The notes under the pieces were generated by a model. It saw only the letters and a list, made by a program, of their open reading frames with translations. It was not told the DNA's origin and did no database searches. Below, in pieces: positions 8,774-19,452 of a stretch of 64,000 nucleotides of DNA (positions within the stretch are counted from its first letter, which is position 1; every line of letters begins with the position of its first letter). The stretch covers positions 7,058 to 71,057 of the forward strand of contig JARKQN010000102.1 in the NCBI GenBank assembly GCA_029974835.1, in the 5' to 3' direction. A program made the position numbers and the translations under genes. Source of the stretch: Bacteroidales bacterium (GTDB taxonomy: Bacteria; Bacteroidota; Bacteroidia; Bacteroidales; VadinHA17).

Positions 8774-10735
8774 ATGAGGCACCTGCCGGTCATATTGGTC
8801 CTTTCTCTCCTCCCTGACCTGCTCTCATCGCAGGACATCGGAAGAAAAGTGCTTATGACGGTGGCAGGAGATACCATTACAGCAGCCGAATTCATCAGAA
8901 TGTACCGCAAAAGCAGCGACACTTTTAATCTTAAGGAATTTGAAAATTACCTCGACCAGTATATTGTCTTCAAGCTGAAGGTAGCCGATGCCGTATCGAA
9001 GGGTTATGATACGACAAAGAGTTTCAGGGATGAACTCAGCGGATACAGAAATCAAATCTCCGCAAACTACCTAAGCGATAAAGATGTAAAGGAAAAGATA
9101 CTCCGGCAGGCTTACCAGAGGCTTATGACGGAGATTGACGCCTGGCATATTCTGGTCGCATGCCCACCCGGGAGCAAACCGGAAGATACACTGGCAGCAT
9201 GGACCAAAACACTTGAAATTAAAGCCCGTATCGCGGGGGGTGAACCATTCGACAAGGTTGCAAGAAGCGTTTCTGACGACCCTTCCGTGAGACTTAACGG
9301 CGGTCATCTTGGTTATTTTACCGCATTCCAGATGATAACTCCCTTCGAGGATGCAGCCTACAGAATGAAGAAAGGTGAGATATCCGAACCGGTAAGAACA
9401 CCCTACGGATATCACCTGATAATGGTATCCGACATAAGACCATCAAGAGGAAAAATCAGGGTTGCTCATATCATGAGATCTGTTCCTTCCAATTCTGACC
9501 CTTCAGTTGACAAAGCGGCGGAAGACACGATAAAATCAGTTTACAGGAAACTTCTGGCAGGTGAATCCTTCAGCGACCTGGCAAAGAAATACTCGGACCA
9601 CAGGGAATCCGCACTGAGGGGCGGAGAACTTAACTGGTTCGGCGCCGGGGAAATATCCACCGACTTTGCAGAAGCTGCTTTTTCACTGAAGGCTGACGGC
9701 GATTTCACAGCCCCTGTAAGAACAATATATGGCTGGCATATCATCAAAAGACTTGAAGTAAAACCTCCGCCTTCATGGGAAGAAGCCAGAGGCACCCTTG
9801 AGGAGAGAATAAGCGGATCATGGCTTCAAGCCGAAGCGGAGAGATCTCTTGTCAGAAAGCTTAAGAAAGAATATAACTACAGGCTTAACGAAAGGGCCAT
9901 GAACTGGTTCGTGGAAAATACCGACACTCTTATAATCAAGGGGTATAATAAATTTGACAAAAACAGCATCCCTCCCGGTCCATTGTGTACCTATGCAGGA
10001 CAATCAATCACTTCTGCCGAATTTGCAAAATTCATAGAGAGCAAAGCTGCAGAGTCGATAAGTGAAGAGCCGGCAGCATACCTGCAAAGAATGCTTGACT
10101 TATATGTTTCGGACCACATCCTGAATTACGAAAACAGAGTGCTTGAATCAAAATATCCTGAATTCAGGCTTCTGATGAAGGAGTTCCATGACGGCATTCT
10201 CCTGTTCGACATTTCGCAGGATAAAGTATGGAACAGGGCTGCGGAAGATACAGCAGGGCTGAAGCAGTATTATGAGCGCCATAAAAAAGAATACCCCGGG
10301 CAACAATTTTATGAAGGTACAATATGTATTCTGGAGCAGCGGGGCATGGAAAAGAAATTCTATAAAGAGTTCATGAAATACAGGAATGCCCCCGACATGG
10401 AAAAAAGGTTGCTGAAAAGTGTTTCGCCCGCAAATGATACCCTCCTGAAGGTGATCAGAGGCACTTTCCCGGCTTCCGATCCGAGGCTTCCTGCAGATTT
10501 AAAACCTGAAAAAGGGATAACAAAATTTTATGCAGGCGGATATCCTGCAGTTGTTGATATTAAAGATATACCCGAAAAAGAGCCATTACCCTTTGAAGAA
10601 GTTAAAGATGAGCTTATTCCACTTTACCAGGAGTGGCTCGAAAAGGAGTGGATTGAACAATTAAGGGCAGCATTCACCGTTAAAACTGATAATGCTGTCC
10701 TTTCGGAAATAAAAAAAATGCTGTCAGATGTATAG
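8774..10735 (+). CDS. Periplasmic parvulin-type peptidylprolyl isomerase (two rotamase domains)
   Basis: Signal peptide ending in LLSS|Q. Rotamase motifs HILV...GGHLGYF...TPYGYHLI and HIM...GGELNWF...TIYGWHII. Confidence 0.88.
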   Translation: MRHLPVILVLSLLPDLLSSQDIGRKVLMTVAGDTITAAEFIRMYRKSSDTFNLKEFENYLDQYIVFKLKVADAVSKGYDTTKSFRDELSGYRNQISANYLSDKDVKEKILRQAYQRLMTEIDAWHILVACPPGSKPEDTLAAWTKTLEIKARIAGGEPFDKVARSVSDDPSVRLNGGHLGYFTAFQMITPFEDAAYRMKKGEISEPVRTPYGYHLIMVSDIRPSRGKIRVAHIMRSVPSNSDPSVDKAAEDTIKSVYRKLLAGESFSDLAKKYSDHRESALRGGELNWFGAGEISTDFAEAAFSLKADGDFTAPVRTIYGWHIIKRLEVKPPPSWEEARGTLEERISGSWLQAEAERSLVRKLKKEYNYRLNERAMNWFVENTDTLIIKGYNKFDKNSIPPGPLCTYAGQSITSAEFAKFIESKAAESISEEPAAYLQRMLDLYVSDHILNYENRVLESKYPEFRLLMKEFHDGILLFDISQDKVWNRAAEDTAGLKQYYERHKKEYPGQQFYEGTICILEQRGMEKKFYKEFMKYRNAPDMEKRLLKSVSPANDTLLKVIRGTFPASDPRLPADLKPEKGITKFYAGGYPAVVDIKDIPEKEPLPFEEVKDELIPLYQEWLEKEWIEQLRAAFTVKTDNAVLSEIKKMLSDV

Positions 10736-11594
10736 AAACTTAAATGCGTTCCTGATTCTCATCCCGTTTCTTTTTCTGACCTGCATATCATGCAGCAGAA
10801 AAAACCAGAACACAGACAGGATACCTGTTGCGCGGGCCGGCGAGAAGATTCTCTTTTACGACCAGATACCGGTTATTTACAGGAGTGCAAACAGCAGGGA
10901 AGACAGCATAGCCGCCATAAACAACTACATCAATAGCTGGGCAAGGCGCGAACTTATGTATATTAAAGCCTCTGAAAACATAGCCCCTGCAACAAGGAGC
11001 GATATTGAAAAACAGCTCCAGGAAATGAGAACAGACCTCTATATCTACAACTATCAGCGCCAGTTGATAATTGAGAAAATGGATACAGTGGTATCAGATA
11101 CCGAAATGGAAAACTATTACGCCGTAAATCAGGAGCAGTTCAGGCTCAATTCAAGCATTGTCAAGGCTCTTTTCATTAAGGTTCCGGTGCATGCTCCAAA
11201 TAACAACAGCATCAGACAATGGTACTCTTCTGCCGATCCGAAGGATTTGCAGCAGCTCGAAACCTATTGCTACCAGTTCGCGGAAAAGTACGACGATTTC
11301 GGCGAGGAATGGATCTCATTCGACAAGGTCGCGGTGGAACTTCCCGAAGAAGTTATAAAGCCCGATGATTTTCTGAGACGCTATACATTTTTTGAAACCC
11401 GCGATACCTCCTACCTTTATTTTGTGGCAATAAGAGACTATCGCCTCAGCCAGGCCATTGCCCCTTATGAATACGTAAAAGAAGACATTAAAAGCATCAT
11501 ACTTAACAACAGGCGGTTCGATTTTCTGAAATCGCTCGAAAACGGAATATATGAAGAGGCAGTTAAAGCAAATCTGTTTAAGGTATACAACTGA
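10728..11594 (+). CDS. Lipoprotein of the SurA/PPIase operon (degenerate PPIase-like)
   Basis: Lipobox-like CISC, PVARAGEKIL and APYEYVKEDIKSIILNNRR. Its start overlaps the upstream stop. Confidence 0.75.
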   Translation: MYRNLNAFLILIPFLFLTCISCSRKNQNTDRIPVARAGEKILFYDQIPVIYRSANSREDSIAAINNYINSWARRELMYIKASENIAPATRSDIEKQLQEMRTDLYIYNYQRQLIIEKMDTVVSDTEMENYYAVNQEQFRLNSSIVKALFIKVPVHAPNNNSIRQWYSSADPKDLQQLETYCYQFAEKYDDFGEEWISFDKVAVELPEEVIKPDDFLRRYTFFETRDTSYLYFVAIRDYRLSQAIAPYEYVKEDIKSIILNNRRFDFLKSLENGIYEEAVKANLFKVYN

Positions 11595-11595
11595 T

Positions 11596-12957
11596 ATGAA
11601 AAAGGGAATTATAGTGAGAATAATACTGGTTGTTGTCTCAGCAACTGTTATATCCGGCACGTTGAAAGCTCAGAGGCTTGTTGAGTCGGTTGCCGGAATT
11701 GTTGGTAATGAAGTTATTTTTCTTTCCGATATTGAAAATATGATCGCCCAGCAGCTCTTTTCAGGCGACAAAACGCCGGTGGAGAAATTAAGATGCTCTT
11801 ATTTCGAAGAACAGCTTGTTGCAAAACTTTTTCTCGATCAGGCCAGGCTCGACAGTATCGAAGTATCAAATGAATCGGTCGACGGCTATCTCAACATGCA
11901 GATGAACAAATATATAACCATTGCCGGTTCTGAGAAGGCTCTTGAAGACCATTTCAGGAAAAGTATAACCGAGATCAGGGCTGATCTCAGAAAAAATCTT
12001 AAAAATCAGAAAATTATCGAAGAGGTGCAGAGCAATATCGCACAAGATATAAAAGTCTCTCCCGAAGAGGTTAAAAGGTTCTATTCAAAAATTCCCAAAG
12101 ACAGCCTGCCGGCAATACCGGCGATGGTTGAAATAAGCATTATACAGCTCGATCCTCCCGGCATTGAGCAAAATAAGGCTGAGGCAAGGCAGAAACTTCT
12201 CGATTACCGTGCACAGATACTTGCAGGAAAAAGTTTCGCGGCTCTCGCGGTTATCTATTCTGAAGATACCGAATCGGCAAAGAGAGGAGGCGAAATAGGA
12301 TACGTTACCAGGGGCGAGCTCGAAAAACCGTACGCTGATGTGGCATTCTCGCTGAACAAAAACAACGTTTCGAGGATTGTTGAAACAAAATACGGATTTC
12401 ATATAATACAGCTTATCGACAGAATGGGCGATATGGTAAATACACGCCATATTCTCATCAGACCAAAGGTAAAACCCGAACAGGAAATTACAGCCCTGGC
12501 GCGTCTCGACAGCATTGCAGGCAAAATCCGCAGCGACAGTTTAAAATTCGAGAAAGCCGCCATGATGTTCTCAAATCATAAGGACAGTCGCATAAACGGA
12601 GGCAAACTGGTTAAAAACGACCCCTCTGCCAGAACCAGCCTTTTCGCCCTCGAGGAACTCGACCAGGCAACCTACTCGGTTGTGAGGGAAATGAAACCCG
12701 GCGAAATCTCAGATCCGTTCAAAACAGTGGATGAAAACGGAAATATAGTCTTCAGAATTGTAAGGCTCGACAAACAAATACCTGCACACGTGGCTGATCT
12801 GAAGGATGATTACCAGGCCCTGTACAACGCAACACTGGCCGAGAAACGAATTAAAACATACAGGGATTGGATCAACAAAAAGATTGATGTGACCTATATC
12901 CGTATCAGCGACGAGTTCAAATCATGCCCCTTTTCCAACCCGAAATGGATTCAATAG
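11596..12957 (+). CDS. surA: SurA-like chaperone/PPIase
   Basis: VAGIVGNEVIFLSDIE SurA N-domain and rotamase GGEIGY...TKYGFHIIQL. ATG 11596 follows the upstream stop by 1 nt. Confidence 0.85.
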   Translation: MKKGIIVRIILVVVSATVISGTLKAQRLVESVAGIVGNEVIFLSDIENMIAQQLFSGDKTPVEKLRCSYFEEQLVAKLFLDQARLDSIEVSNESVDGYLNMQMNKYITIAGSEKALEDHFRKSITEIRADLRKNLKNQKIIEEVQSNIAQDIKVSPEEVKRFYSKIPKDSLPAIPAMVEISIIQLDPPGIEQNKAEARQKLLDYRAQILAGKSFAALAVIYSEDTESAKRGGEIGYVTRGELEKPYADVAFSLNKNNVSRIVETKYGFHIIQLIDRMGDMVNTRHILIRPKVKPEQEITALARLDSIAGKIRSDSLKFEKAAMMFSNHKDSRINGGKLVKNDPSARTSLFALEELDQATYSVVREMKPGEISDPFKTVDENGNIVFRIVRLDKQIPAHVADLKDDYQALYNATLAEKRIKTYRDWINKKIDVTYIRISDEFKSCPFSNPKWIQ

Positions 12958-14567
12958 GAAACCGGTATTCCGCGGTACGAAAAAAGACTAAATACTTCAT
13001 TACCATGATCCTCCTGCTGATCAGCGGAGGATCTTTCTTTATTGTTTCACAGGAACAGCAATCCAGGCAGAGAAAGAAAATTGAACTCATTTACTGCGAT
13101 GAACTTATTATTGACAAGCATCTGAATAAAGATCTTCAGCGCCTTATAGGAAACGTGGCTCTCAGGCACAACCAGATTCTTATGACCTGCGACAGCGCTT
13201 ATCTTTACCAGGAGCTGAACCAGGTAAAAGCCTACGGAAACGTTAAAATCAACCAGGCCGACACTATAAGCATTTCGGGAAATTACCTTTTCTACGACGG
13301 CAACGAGGAAAAGGGAATAATGGAAGGAAATGTTGAACTTTCCGACAAGGAATCGAAGCTTTTTACGGCATTGGTCAATTACGACGTCAATACAAGGGTT
13401 GCCAGTTATCCTTATACCGGCAGAATTATCAACGGGAAAAATGAACTTTTCAGCAAAACCGGCATCTATTATTCGAAAGAGAAACGTTTCCATTTCAAGG
13501 ACAGCGTCAGGATAAATAATCCCGACTACACTCTGAAGGCCGACACACTCGAGTACAATACCGAAACCGAAACGGCATTCTTTAAAGGACCTTCGGTTAT
13601 TGAGGGCGACAGTCTTTATCTGTATTGCGAAAAGGGCTGGTACGACACAAGGAACGACATATCATCAATCTGGCAGAATGCATTAATAGATAACAGGAAA
13701 CAGGTTATCAGGGGTGATTCCCTGTTCTACGACAGGAAAAAAGGGTTCGGGGAGGCCTTCAGAAATATCTCCATTACCGATACTGTGAACAGCGTGATGG
13801 CCGAAGGTGAATATGCATGGTATTACAAAGAACCTGAACGGTTTCTTGTGACAGGACGGGCATTGTTTACCCAGTTCTCCGAAAATGATTCTCTCTATCT
13901 CCACGCCGATACGATTACAATGGTGACTTTGCAGTCATTAACGGATACCACTGAGTTCAGGCTTATGAGAGCTTTTCACGGTTGCCGTGTATACAGCACT
14001 GACCTTCAGGCAAGATGCGACTCTCTTTCCTATTCGTTTCAGGATTCGGTAATAAGGCTGTACTATTTCCCCGTCCTGTGGTCTGAAGAAAATCAGCTTA
14101 CGGCCGATTCGATGGCAATATTTTCCAAAAACCGGAAGACCGACAGGCTCGAACTATACAATAATGTATTTGTGGCCGGACAGGTAGACTCCCTGAGATA
14201 TAACCAGATAAAAGGGAGAAAACTTACCGGGTATTTTGAAAACAACAAGCTTTACCGGATATTGATAGAGGGTAACGGCGAAACAATTTATTTTATGGTC
14301 GACAATGATGAACTGCTCGGTGTCAACCATGCCAGGAGTTCATCGGTTGAAATCCTTGTTGAGGAGGGAAAGATTAAGGAAATAATTGAACATCAGAACC
14401 CGGAAGGAAGGCTCGATCCGCCCGGTAAGGACCCTCCTCAGGAACTCAGGTTGAAAGGATTTGCCTGGTATGATGATATAAGGCCAAAGAAGAAATCGGA
14501 CGTTTTCCTTAAATATCCCGGTGCGACGGGTATTCTGAATGTGATTCAGGAAAATATACAGAAATAA
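12945..14567 (+). CDS. OstA/LptA-like beta-jellyroll protein (LPS transport)
   Basis: GNVALRHNQILMTCDSAY, AYGNVKINQADT and repeated DS/DT-L-x-Y jellyroll motifs. Start uncertain (12924, 12945 or 13006). Confidence 0.8.
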   Translation: MDSIGNRYSAVRKKTKYFITMILLLISGGSFFIVSQEQQSRQRKKIELIYCDELIIDKHLNKDLQRLIGNVALRHNQILMTCDSAYLYQELNQVKAYGNVKINQADTISISGNYLFYDGNEEKGIMEGNVELSDKESKLFTALVNYDVNTRVASYPYTGRIINGKNELFSKTGIYYSKEKRFHFKDSVRINNPDYTLKADTLEYNTETETAFFKGPSVIEGDSLYLYCEKGWYDTRNDISSIWQNALIDNRKQVIRGDSLFYDRKKGFGEAFRNISITDTVNSVMAEGEYAWYYKEPERFLVTGRALFTQFSENDSLYLHADTITMVTLQSLTDTTEFRLMRAFHGCRVYSTDLQARCDSLSYSFQDSVIRLYYFPVLWSEENQLTADSMAIFSKNRKTDRLELYNNVFVAGQVDSLRYNQIKGRKLTGYFENNKLYRILIEGNGETIYFMVDNDELLGVNHARSSSVEILVEEGKIKEIIEHQNPEGRLDPPGKDPPQELRLKGFAWYDDIRPKKKSDVFLKYPGATGILNVIQENIQK

Positions 14568-14595
14568 AAAAGGGCCTTAACCCGGCCCCGTTTTT
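14566..14595. terminator. Bidirectional intrinsic terminator
   Basis: GGGCC...GGCCC stem flanked by an A-run and a T-run, between convergent genes. Confidence 0.55.
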
Positions 14596-14816
14596 CAGTA
14601 CTCATCCTCATTAAAGAAGAAATCATCCTTGCTCGGATAATCGGGCCAGATATCCTCAATGCTTTCATAGATATCTCCTTCGTCCTCGATTTCCTGCAGA
14701 TTCTCAATCACTTCAAGTGGAGCACCTGACCTGATGGCATAGTCAATAAGCTCATCCTTTGTTGCGGGCCATGGAGCATCCTCCAGTTTTGATGCAAGTT
14801 CAAGTGTCCAGTACAT
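14595..14816 (-). CDS. DUF2795 domain-containing small acidic protein
   Basis: MYWTLELASKLEDAPWPATKDELIDYAIRSGAP is the highly conserved Bacteroidota DUF2795 sequence. Confidence 0.93.
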   Translation of the reverse strand: MYWTLELASKLEDAPWPATKDELIDYAIRSGAPLEVIENLQEIEDEGDIYESIEDIWPDYPSKDDFFFNEDEY

Positions 14817-14851
14817 AACTAAAAAATTCTTAGTTAATCGTTAAAGGTTCG

Positions 14852-14859
14852 CAAATATA
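14852..14859 (-). promoter_or_regulatory. -7 element TATATTTG
   Basis: Exact TAnnTTTG, 35 nt upstream of the DUF2795 ATG. Confidence 0.6.
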
Positions 14860-14882
14860 AAAATTATTTTATATAAACCAAC

Positions 14883-14900
14883 AAACCCCCGGGGGTGTTC
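14883..14900 (-). terminator. Putative terminator of pduO
   Basis: 12-bp palindrome ACCCCCGGGGGT (14885-14896) followed by a T-rich tract on the minus strand. Confidence 0.4.
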
Positions 14901-14908
14901 AACCAGCT

Positions 14909-15451
14909 TTATATTTTCCACTTAATCTCCTCATTACCAGCCTCTTTATCAAGCTCTCTCGCCAGCACAAAAAGGTAATCTGAAAGCCGGTTGAGAAAAC
15001 CTGTGATGATTGCAGGCACTTCTTCCTCGGTACCCAGCCTGAGGACTTGCCTTTCGGCTCTTCTGCATACGCATCTGGCAATCTGGCTGAAAGATCCGCA
15101 ATGACTCCCTCCCGGCAGGATGAATGAATTTAGTGGTGGCAGATTGCTTTCCAATGAATCAATCTCCTCCTCCACCCGCCTTATGCATTCCGGATCGGGC
15201 AAAACGGGTTTGATGTCGCTGTTACCGTAATCGTGTGCCAGAGCAGCAGCTGCCGACATAAGCTGTTCCTGGACATAAACGAGGAATTTTTTTCTTTTAC
15301 GGTTTTCATCGCAGCCACGCAACAGGCCTATCCATGCAATAAGTTCATCAACAGTGCCGTAGGCCTCAAGCTTAACATGGTATTTTGCAATGCGTCTTCC
15401 CCCTCTGATCGAGGTAGTCCCGTCATCGCCTGTGCGGGTATAGATTTTCAT
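14909..15451 (-). CDS. pduO: ATP:cob(I)alamin adenosyltransferase, PduO type
   Basis: KIYTRTGDDGTT, AYGTVDEL, FILPGG, RCVCRRAER and FLNRLSDYLFVLAR. Confidence 0.95.
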   Translation of the reverse strand: MKIYTRTGDDGTTSIRGGRRIAKYHVKLEAYGTVDELIAWIGLLRGCDENRKRKKFLVYVQEQLMSAAAALAHDYGNSDIKPVLPDPECIRRVEEEIDSLESNLPPLNSFILPGGSHCGSFSQIARCVCRRAERQVLRLGTEEEVPAIITGFLNRLSDYLFVLARELDKEAGNEEIKWKI

Positions 15452-15475
15452 AGCCTGTCTGATTTAATTAACAGG

Positions 15476-15483
15476 CAAATTTA
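15476..15483 (-). promoter_or_regulatory. -7 element TAAATTTG
   Basis: Exact TAnnTTTG, 24 nt upstream of pduO. Confidence 0.55.
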
Positions 15484-15501
15484 CAGAAAGATTCCGGCTC
15501 T

Positions 15502-16206
15502 TCAGGCCTTTACATACTTTTCGTTTGGAACATCTGAGGAAATCATTCCATCGAGCAGTCTAACAATTCTTGCAGCATGTTTGGCAATATCTTCCTCGTG
15601 GGTTACGACTATTACGGTATTTCCCTTGCCATGAATCTCATCGAGCAGTCCCATAATATCCACCGAGGTCTTGCTGTCGAGGTTTCCTGTAGGCTCATCG
15701 GCCAGAATTATCGATGGTTTATTTACCAGTGCCCTGGCGATTGCCACTCTCTGCCTCTGCCCTCCCGAAAGCTCGTTTGGTTTGTGATCCATGCGGTCGG
15801 CAAGACCAACCTGCTTAAGTACATCAATTGCTCTCTGTTCCCGTTCAGCTTTGGGTACGCCTGCATAGATAAGTGGCAGCGTTACATTCTCCAGGGCGGT
15901 ATAACGCGGCAGCAGGTTGAATGTCTGAAACACAAATCCGATCTCCTTGTTTCGTATTTCCGCAAGGCGGTCATCTGCCATCTTACTCACATCCGTGTTG
16001 TTCAGAAAGTAGCTTCCGCTGGTGGGAGTATCGAGTGCCCCGATGAGGTTCATAAGTGTTGATTTCCCGGAACCCGAAGGTCCCATAATGGCGACATATT
16101 CATTTCTTTTTATGGTAAGTGAAACGGAACGAAGTGCCCTCACAATTACTGTACCTATCTGGTAATTCTTAACAATGTCTTGTAATTCAATAACTTTATC
16201 GTTCAT
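15502..16206 (-). CDS. ABC transporter ATP-binding subunit (LolD/MacB-like), no adjacent permease
   Basis: GPSGSGKS Walker A, LSGGQRQR signature, [11 protein letters not shown] and VTHE. Confidence 0.93.
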   Translation of the reverse strand: MNDKVIELQDIVKNYQIGTVIVRALRSVSLTIKRNEYVAIMGPSGSGKSTLMNLIGALDTPTSGSYFLNNTDVSKMADDRLAEIRNKEIGFVFQTFNLLPRYTALENVTLPLIYAGVPKAEREQRAIDVLKQVGLADRMDHKPNELSGGQRQRVAIARALVNKPSIILADEPTGNLDSKTSVDIMGLLDEIHGKGNTVIVVTHEEDIAKHAARIVRLLDGMISSDVPNEKYVKA

Positions 16207-16278
16207 AAATTGCTCTGTTAAAAGGTTCGAAATTAGACTAAAATAATCAATTGTAGAATTTATTTATATTAATTTTTG

Positions 16279-17070
16279 TTAATACCGTATTATATAATCC
16301 CTTCCTGCGATTCCTCCCCTTAAAAAAACTATTCCCATTCTGTTAATGTCGATAGTCACATTTACTGTTTCCGAATTTTTTATTTCTTCCCAGGCGCTGG
16401 ACATTCCTGCATCTGCATGAATGTCATCAATAACGATAACCCCATCTTCCCTGCAGCACTTTCTGATTTTATTATAATATCGCAGAAGTGACTCCGGGCG
16501 GTGGTCCCCGTCAATAAAAACCATTCCCGGTCTCAGTCCTTCCTTTTCCACATCATCAATAAAATCATCAAACTTTTTATTGTAAACCCTGATATTTTCC
16601 CTCCCGGCCGTCCGGAAGTTTTCCGCCGCGTACCCTGCAAGTTCAGGGCACCCCTCAGCTGTATGGATGGTTGATGACGGAGAACCGAACGAAAGATAAA
16701 GTGTGCTTATCCCCAGGCAGGTACCGAGTTCGACTATTGACCCATGTCCGTATTCACCGGCAAGCGATGCAATAATCCGGCAATATTTTTCAGGCAGGGA
16801 TGACTTTCCGGCAATCTCCGAGATTTTCCTCAGACTGTTTCTGTTTCCTCCTGCCCCGTAATCTGTCACATTTACCTTACTTTTGTCGGAAAGCATCCTT
16901 TTTCTTATATTTTCTATCCTACAGACAATACTGGGATCGATTTTATTCCTGAAGACCCTTGTTACAATGTCAAAGACAAACGGGCTGTGAATGCCAAAAC
17001 CCCTTCTGTGTCGCGAGAAGAGTTTATATACCAGGTACCTGGCCGCGGAATGAAGATTTATTAACATCAT
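16279..17070 (-). CDS. Class I SAM-dependent methyltransferase (O-methyltransferase-like)
   Basis: GFGIHSPF, VELGTCLGIS, VFIDGDH and VIDDIH. ATG 17070 chosen because a TATTTTTG element lies at 17095-17102. Confidence 0.82.
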   Translation of the reverse strand: MMLINLHSAARYLVYKLFSRHRRGFGIHSPFVFDIVTRVFRNKIDPSIVCRIENIRKRMLSDKSKVNVTDYGAGGNRNSLRKISEIAGKSSLPEKYCRIIASLAGEYGHGSIVELGTCLGISTLYLSFGSPSSTIHTAEGCPELAGYAAENFRTAGRENIRVYNKKFDDFIDDVEKEGLRPGMVFIDGDHRPESLLRYYNKIRKCCREDGVIVIDDIHADAGMSSAWEEIKNSETVNVTIDINRMGIVFLRGGIAGRDYIIRY

Positions 17071-17094
17071 AAAGACCCGGTTGTGTAAGGTTTG

Positions 17095-17102
17095 CAAAAA
17101 TA
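17095..17102 (-). promoter_or_regulatory. -7 element TATTTTTG
   Basis: TAnnTTTG match in the divergent methyltransferase/recG intergenic region. Confidence 0.5.
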
Positions 17103-17145
17103 GTTATTTTCGAATCTCATTTAATTCTCCGCCAAATACGACGGC

Positions 17146-19251
17146 ATGCAAAATTTTTTTGATACGGAAATAAAATTCCTGCAGGGGGTTGGACCAAAGA
17201 GGGCAGAGCTTCTGGCTGAAGAAGCCGGGATCAGATGTTACAGGGACCTGCTGTATTATTTCCCTTACCGGTATGAAGACAGGACAAAGTTTTACAAAAT
17301 AAATGAGCTCGAACCTGAGATGCCGAATGTGCAGCTACAGGGAAGGATAGTGGCATACCATTCCGAAGGCAGGGGGCCGGGGAAGAGGCTTTCGGCCGAT
17401 TTTGAGGATGAGACGGGGCGAATAAGACTGACATGGTTCAGGGGAATAAAATGGATACCCGATACATACCCCGCGGGCAGGGAGTATATCATTTTCGGAA
17501 AACCCGGGCTCTTCTCAGGAAAAATTAATATTATTCATCCCGAGATTGAATCTGCCGAAAAAAGGGAAGAACGGATTGTATCTGCCTTCCAGGCCCAGTA
17601 CAGCACTACCGAGAAACTTAAGAACCATTTCATTACTTCAAAATTCATCAGCAGGATAACAGGAAATCTGTTTAAAATGATGAATTTCAAAGTTCCAGAA
17701 ACCCTACCCGCCTGGCTGATTCAGAAGTATCACCTGATGAGTCTGCATGATGCTCTTTTTGAGGCGCATTTTCCGTCACGGCATGATGTTCTCGAAAAGG
17801 CACGTTACCGGCTGAAATTTGAAGAACTCTTCTATATCCAGCTAAATCTCCTGAGGTATAAGTCACACCGCGACACTCATGTTAAGGGCTTCGTTTTCAG
17901 CAGGGTGGGCGATCTGTTTAACAGATTCTATTACAATAAGCTCCCCTTTGAACTTACAAATGCCCAGAAGAGGGTGATAAAGGAAATCAGGAAGGACCTG
18001 GGGTCGGGCCGGCAGATGAACCGCCTGCTGCAGGGTGATGTGGGAAGCGGCAAGACGATGGTCGCCCTGATGGCCATGCTTATTGCCGCCGATAACGGGT
18101 TTCAGTCGTGCATTATGACGCCGACCGAAATCCTTGCATATCAGCATTTCAGGTCGGTGACTGCTTTTACAGAAGGTATCGGCATAGAGGTTCTGCTGCT
18201 GACAGGCTCCACAAAGAGTACTGAAAGAAAGAGAATAGCGGAAACGCTCGAAGGCGAAAAGCCTGTAATACTTATCGGCACCCATGCCCTTATAGAGGAG
18301 AGCGTACGGTTCAGCCGGCTGGGACTTGCTGTGATAGATGAGCAGCACAGGTTCGGAGTGGCCCAGAGGGCGAAACTGTGGGAAAAGAGCGCACAGCCGC
18401 CGCATGTACTTGTGATGACTGCAACGCCCATACCGAGAACCCTTGCCATGACGCTTTACGGAGATCTTGATGTTTCCGTTATTGACGAAATGCCGCCGGG
18501 CCGCCTGCCGGTGAAGACAATGCACTTTACGGATAATGAAAGAAACAAGGTTTACGGATTTATTAGAAAACAGATTGCCGAAGGCAGGCAGGTTTATATT
18601 GTCTACCCGCTGATAGAGGAATCCGGGAAACTTGATTACCGCAACCTTGAAGAAGGGCTTGACATATTAACATCTGTTTTCCCGCCTCCCGATTACTGCA
18701 TTAGCGTGCTGCACGGCAAGATGACTCCTGCCAACAAGGAAGTCTCCATGAAGCTTTTCAGGGACCGGCAGGCGCAGATAATGGTTGCAACAACGGTAAT
18801 AGAGGTCGGGGTCGACATTCCCAATGCCACGGTGATGCTGATCGAGAGTGCCGAACGTTTCGGCCTTTCCCAGCTTCATCAGTTAAGAGGCAGGGTCGGA
18901 AGAGGGGCCGGCCAGTCATATTGCATCCTTATGAGTCCGGCTAAAATCTCAAAAGAAGCTTCCGTTCGGATCGGAACAATGGTTTCTACAAACAACGGCT
19001 TCGAAATTGCCGAAGCGGACCTCACCCTGAGAGGACCGGGAGACCTTGAGGGTACACAGCAAAGCGGAATTGCCTTCGACCTCAAAATAAGCGACCTGGC
19101 ACGCGACGGCCAGCTGATAGAATATGCCCGCAGAGTGGCTGCCTCAGTCCTTGAAAAAGATCCGACGCTTACTGATGAAAAAAACAGCGTCCTCCGAAAC
19201 GAACTCAACAGGATCTTTGCCCGAAAATATTCATGGAGCAATATCAGCTGA
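17146..19251 (+). CDS. recG: ATP-dependent DNA helicase RecG
   Basis: LLQGDVGSGKT, IDEQHRFGVAQR, MTATPIPRTL, QLHQLRGRVGRG and DLTLRGPGD. Confidence 0.98.
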   Translation: MQNFFDTEIKFLQGVGPKRAELLAEEAGIRCYRDLLYYFPYRYEDRTKFYKINELEPEMPNVQLQGRIVAYHSEGRGPGKRLSADFEDETGRIRLTWFRGIKWIPDTYPAGREYIIFGKPGLFSGKINIIHPEIESAEKREERIVSAFQAQYSTTEKLKNHFITSKFISRITGNLFKMMNFKVPETLPAWLIQKYHLMSLHDALFEAHFPSRHDVLEKARYRLKFEELFYIQLNLLRYKSHRDTHVKGFVFSRVGDLFNRFYYNKLPFELTNAQKRVIKEIRKDLGSGRQMNRLLQGDVGSGKTMVALMAMLIAADNGFQSCIMTPTEILAYQHFRSVTAFTEGIGIEVLLLTGSTKSTERKRIAETLEGEKPVILIGTHALIEESVRFSRLGLAVIDEQHRFGVAQRAKLWEKSAQPPHVLVMTATPIPRTLAMTLYGDLDVSVIDEMPPGRLPVKTMHFTDNERNKVYGFIRKQIAEGRQVYIVYPLIEESGKLDYRNLEEGLDILTSVFPPPDYCISVLHGKMTPANKEVSMKLFRDRQAQIMVATTVIEVGVDIPNATVMLIESAERFGLSQLHQLRGRVGRGAGQSYCILMSPAKISKEASVRIGTMVSTNNGFEIAEADLTLRGPGDLEGTQQSGIAFDLKISDLARDGQLIEYARRVAASVLEKDPTLTDEKNSVLRNELNRIFARKYSWSNIS

Positions 19252-19410
19252 CAATATTGATGCATTTTATCTTTAGCATGCTATCATTTCTACATATTTT
19301 CAACGGGTTATGCTTCATGAAATTTATCTTTAATGATTTTTAACATCACCTGTTCATTTAACAGATAATAAAAAAATGATAAAAAACAGGTGCTATTTAT
19401 ACGGGAATAA

Positions 19411-19418
19411 TAAATTTG
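19411..19418 (+). promoter_or_regulatory. -7 element TAAATTTG for the rseC-rnf operon
   Basis: Exact TAnnTTTG, 34 nt before the GTG start at 19453. Confidence 0.6.
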
Positions 19419-19452
19419 CGCTTTCATATTTCCGTTTTTTTTCATTACGGTT

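Noticed and set aside
15452-15501. Cobalamin riboswitch before pduO
   Set aside because: The gap is only 50 bp and holds a -7 element; no B12-box-like sequence was seen.
17863-18525. 220-aa minus-strand ORF
   Set aside because: Antisense shadow of recG.
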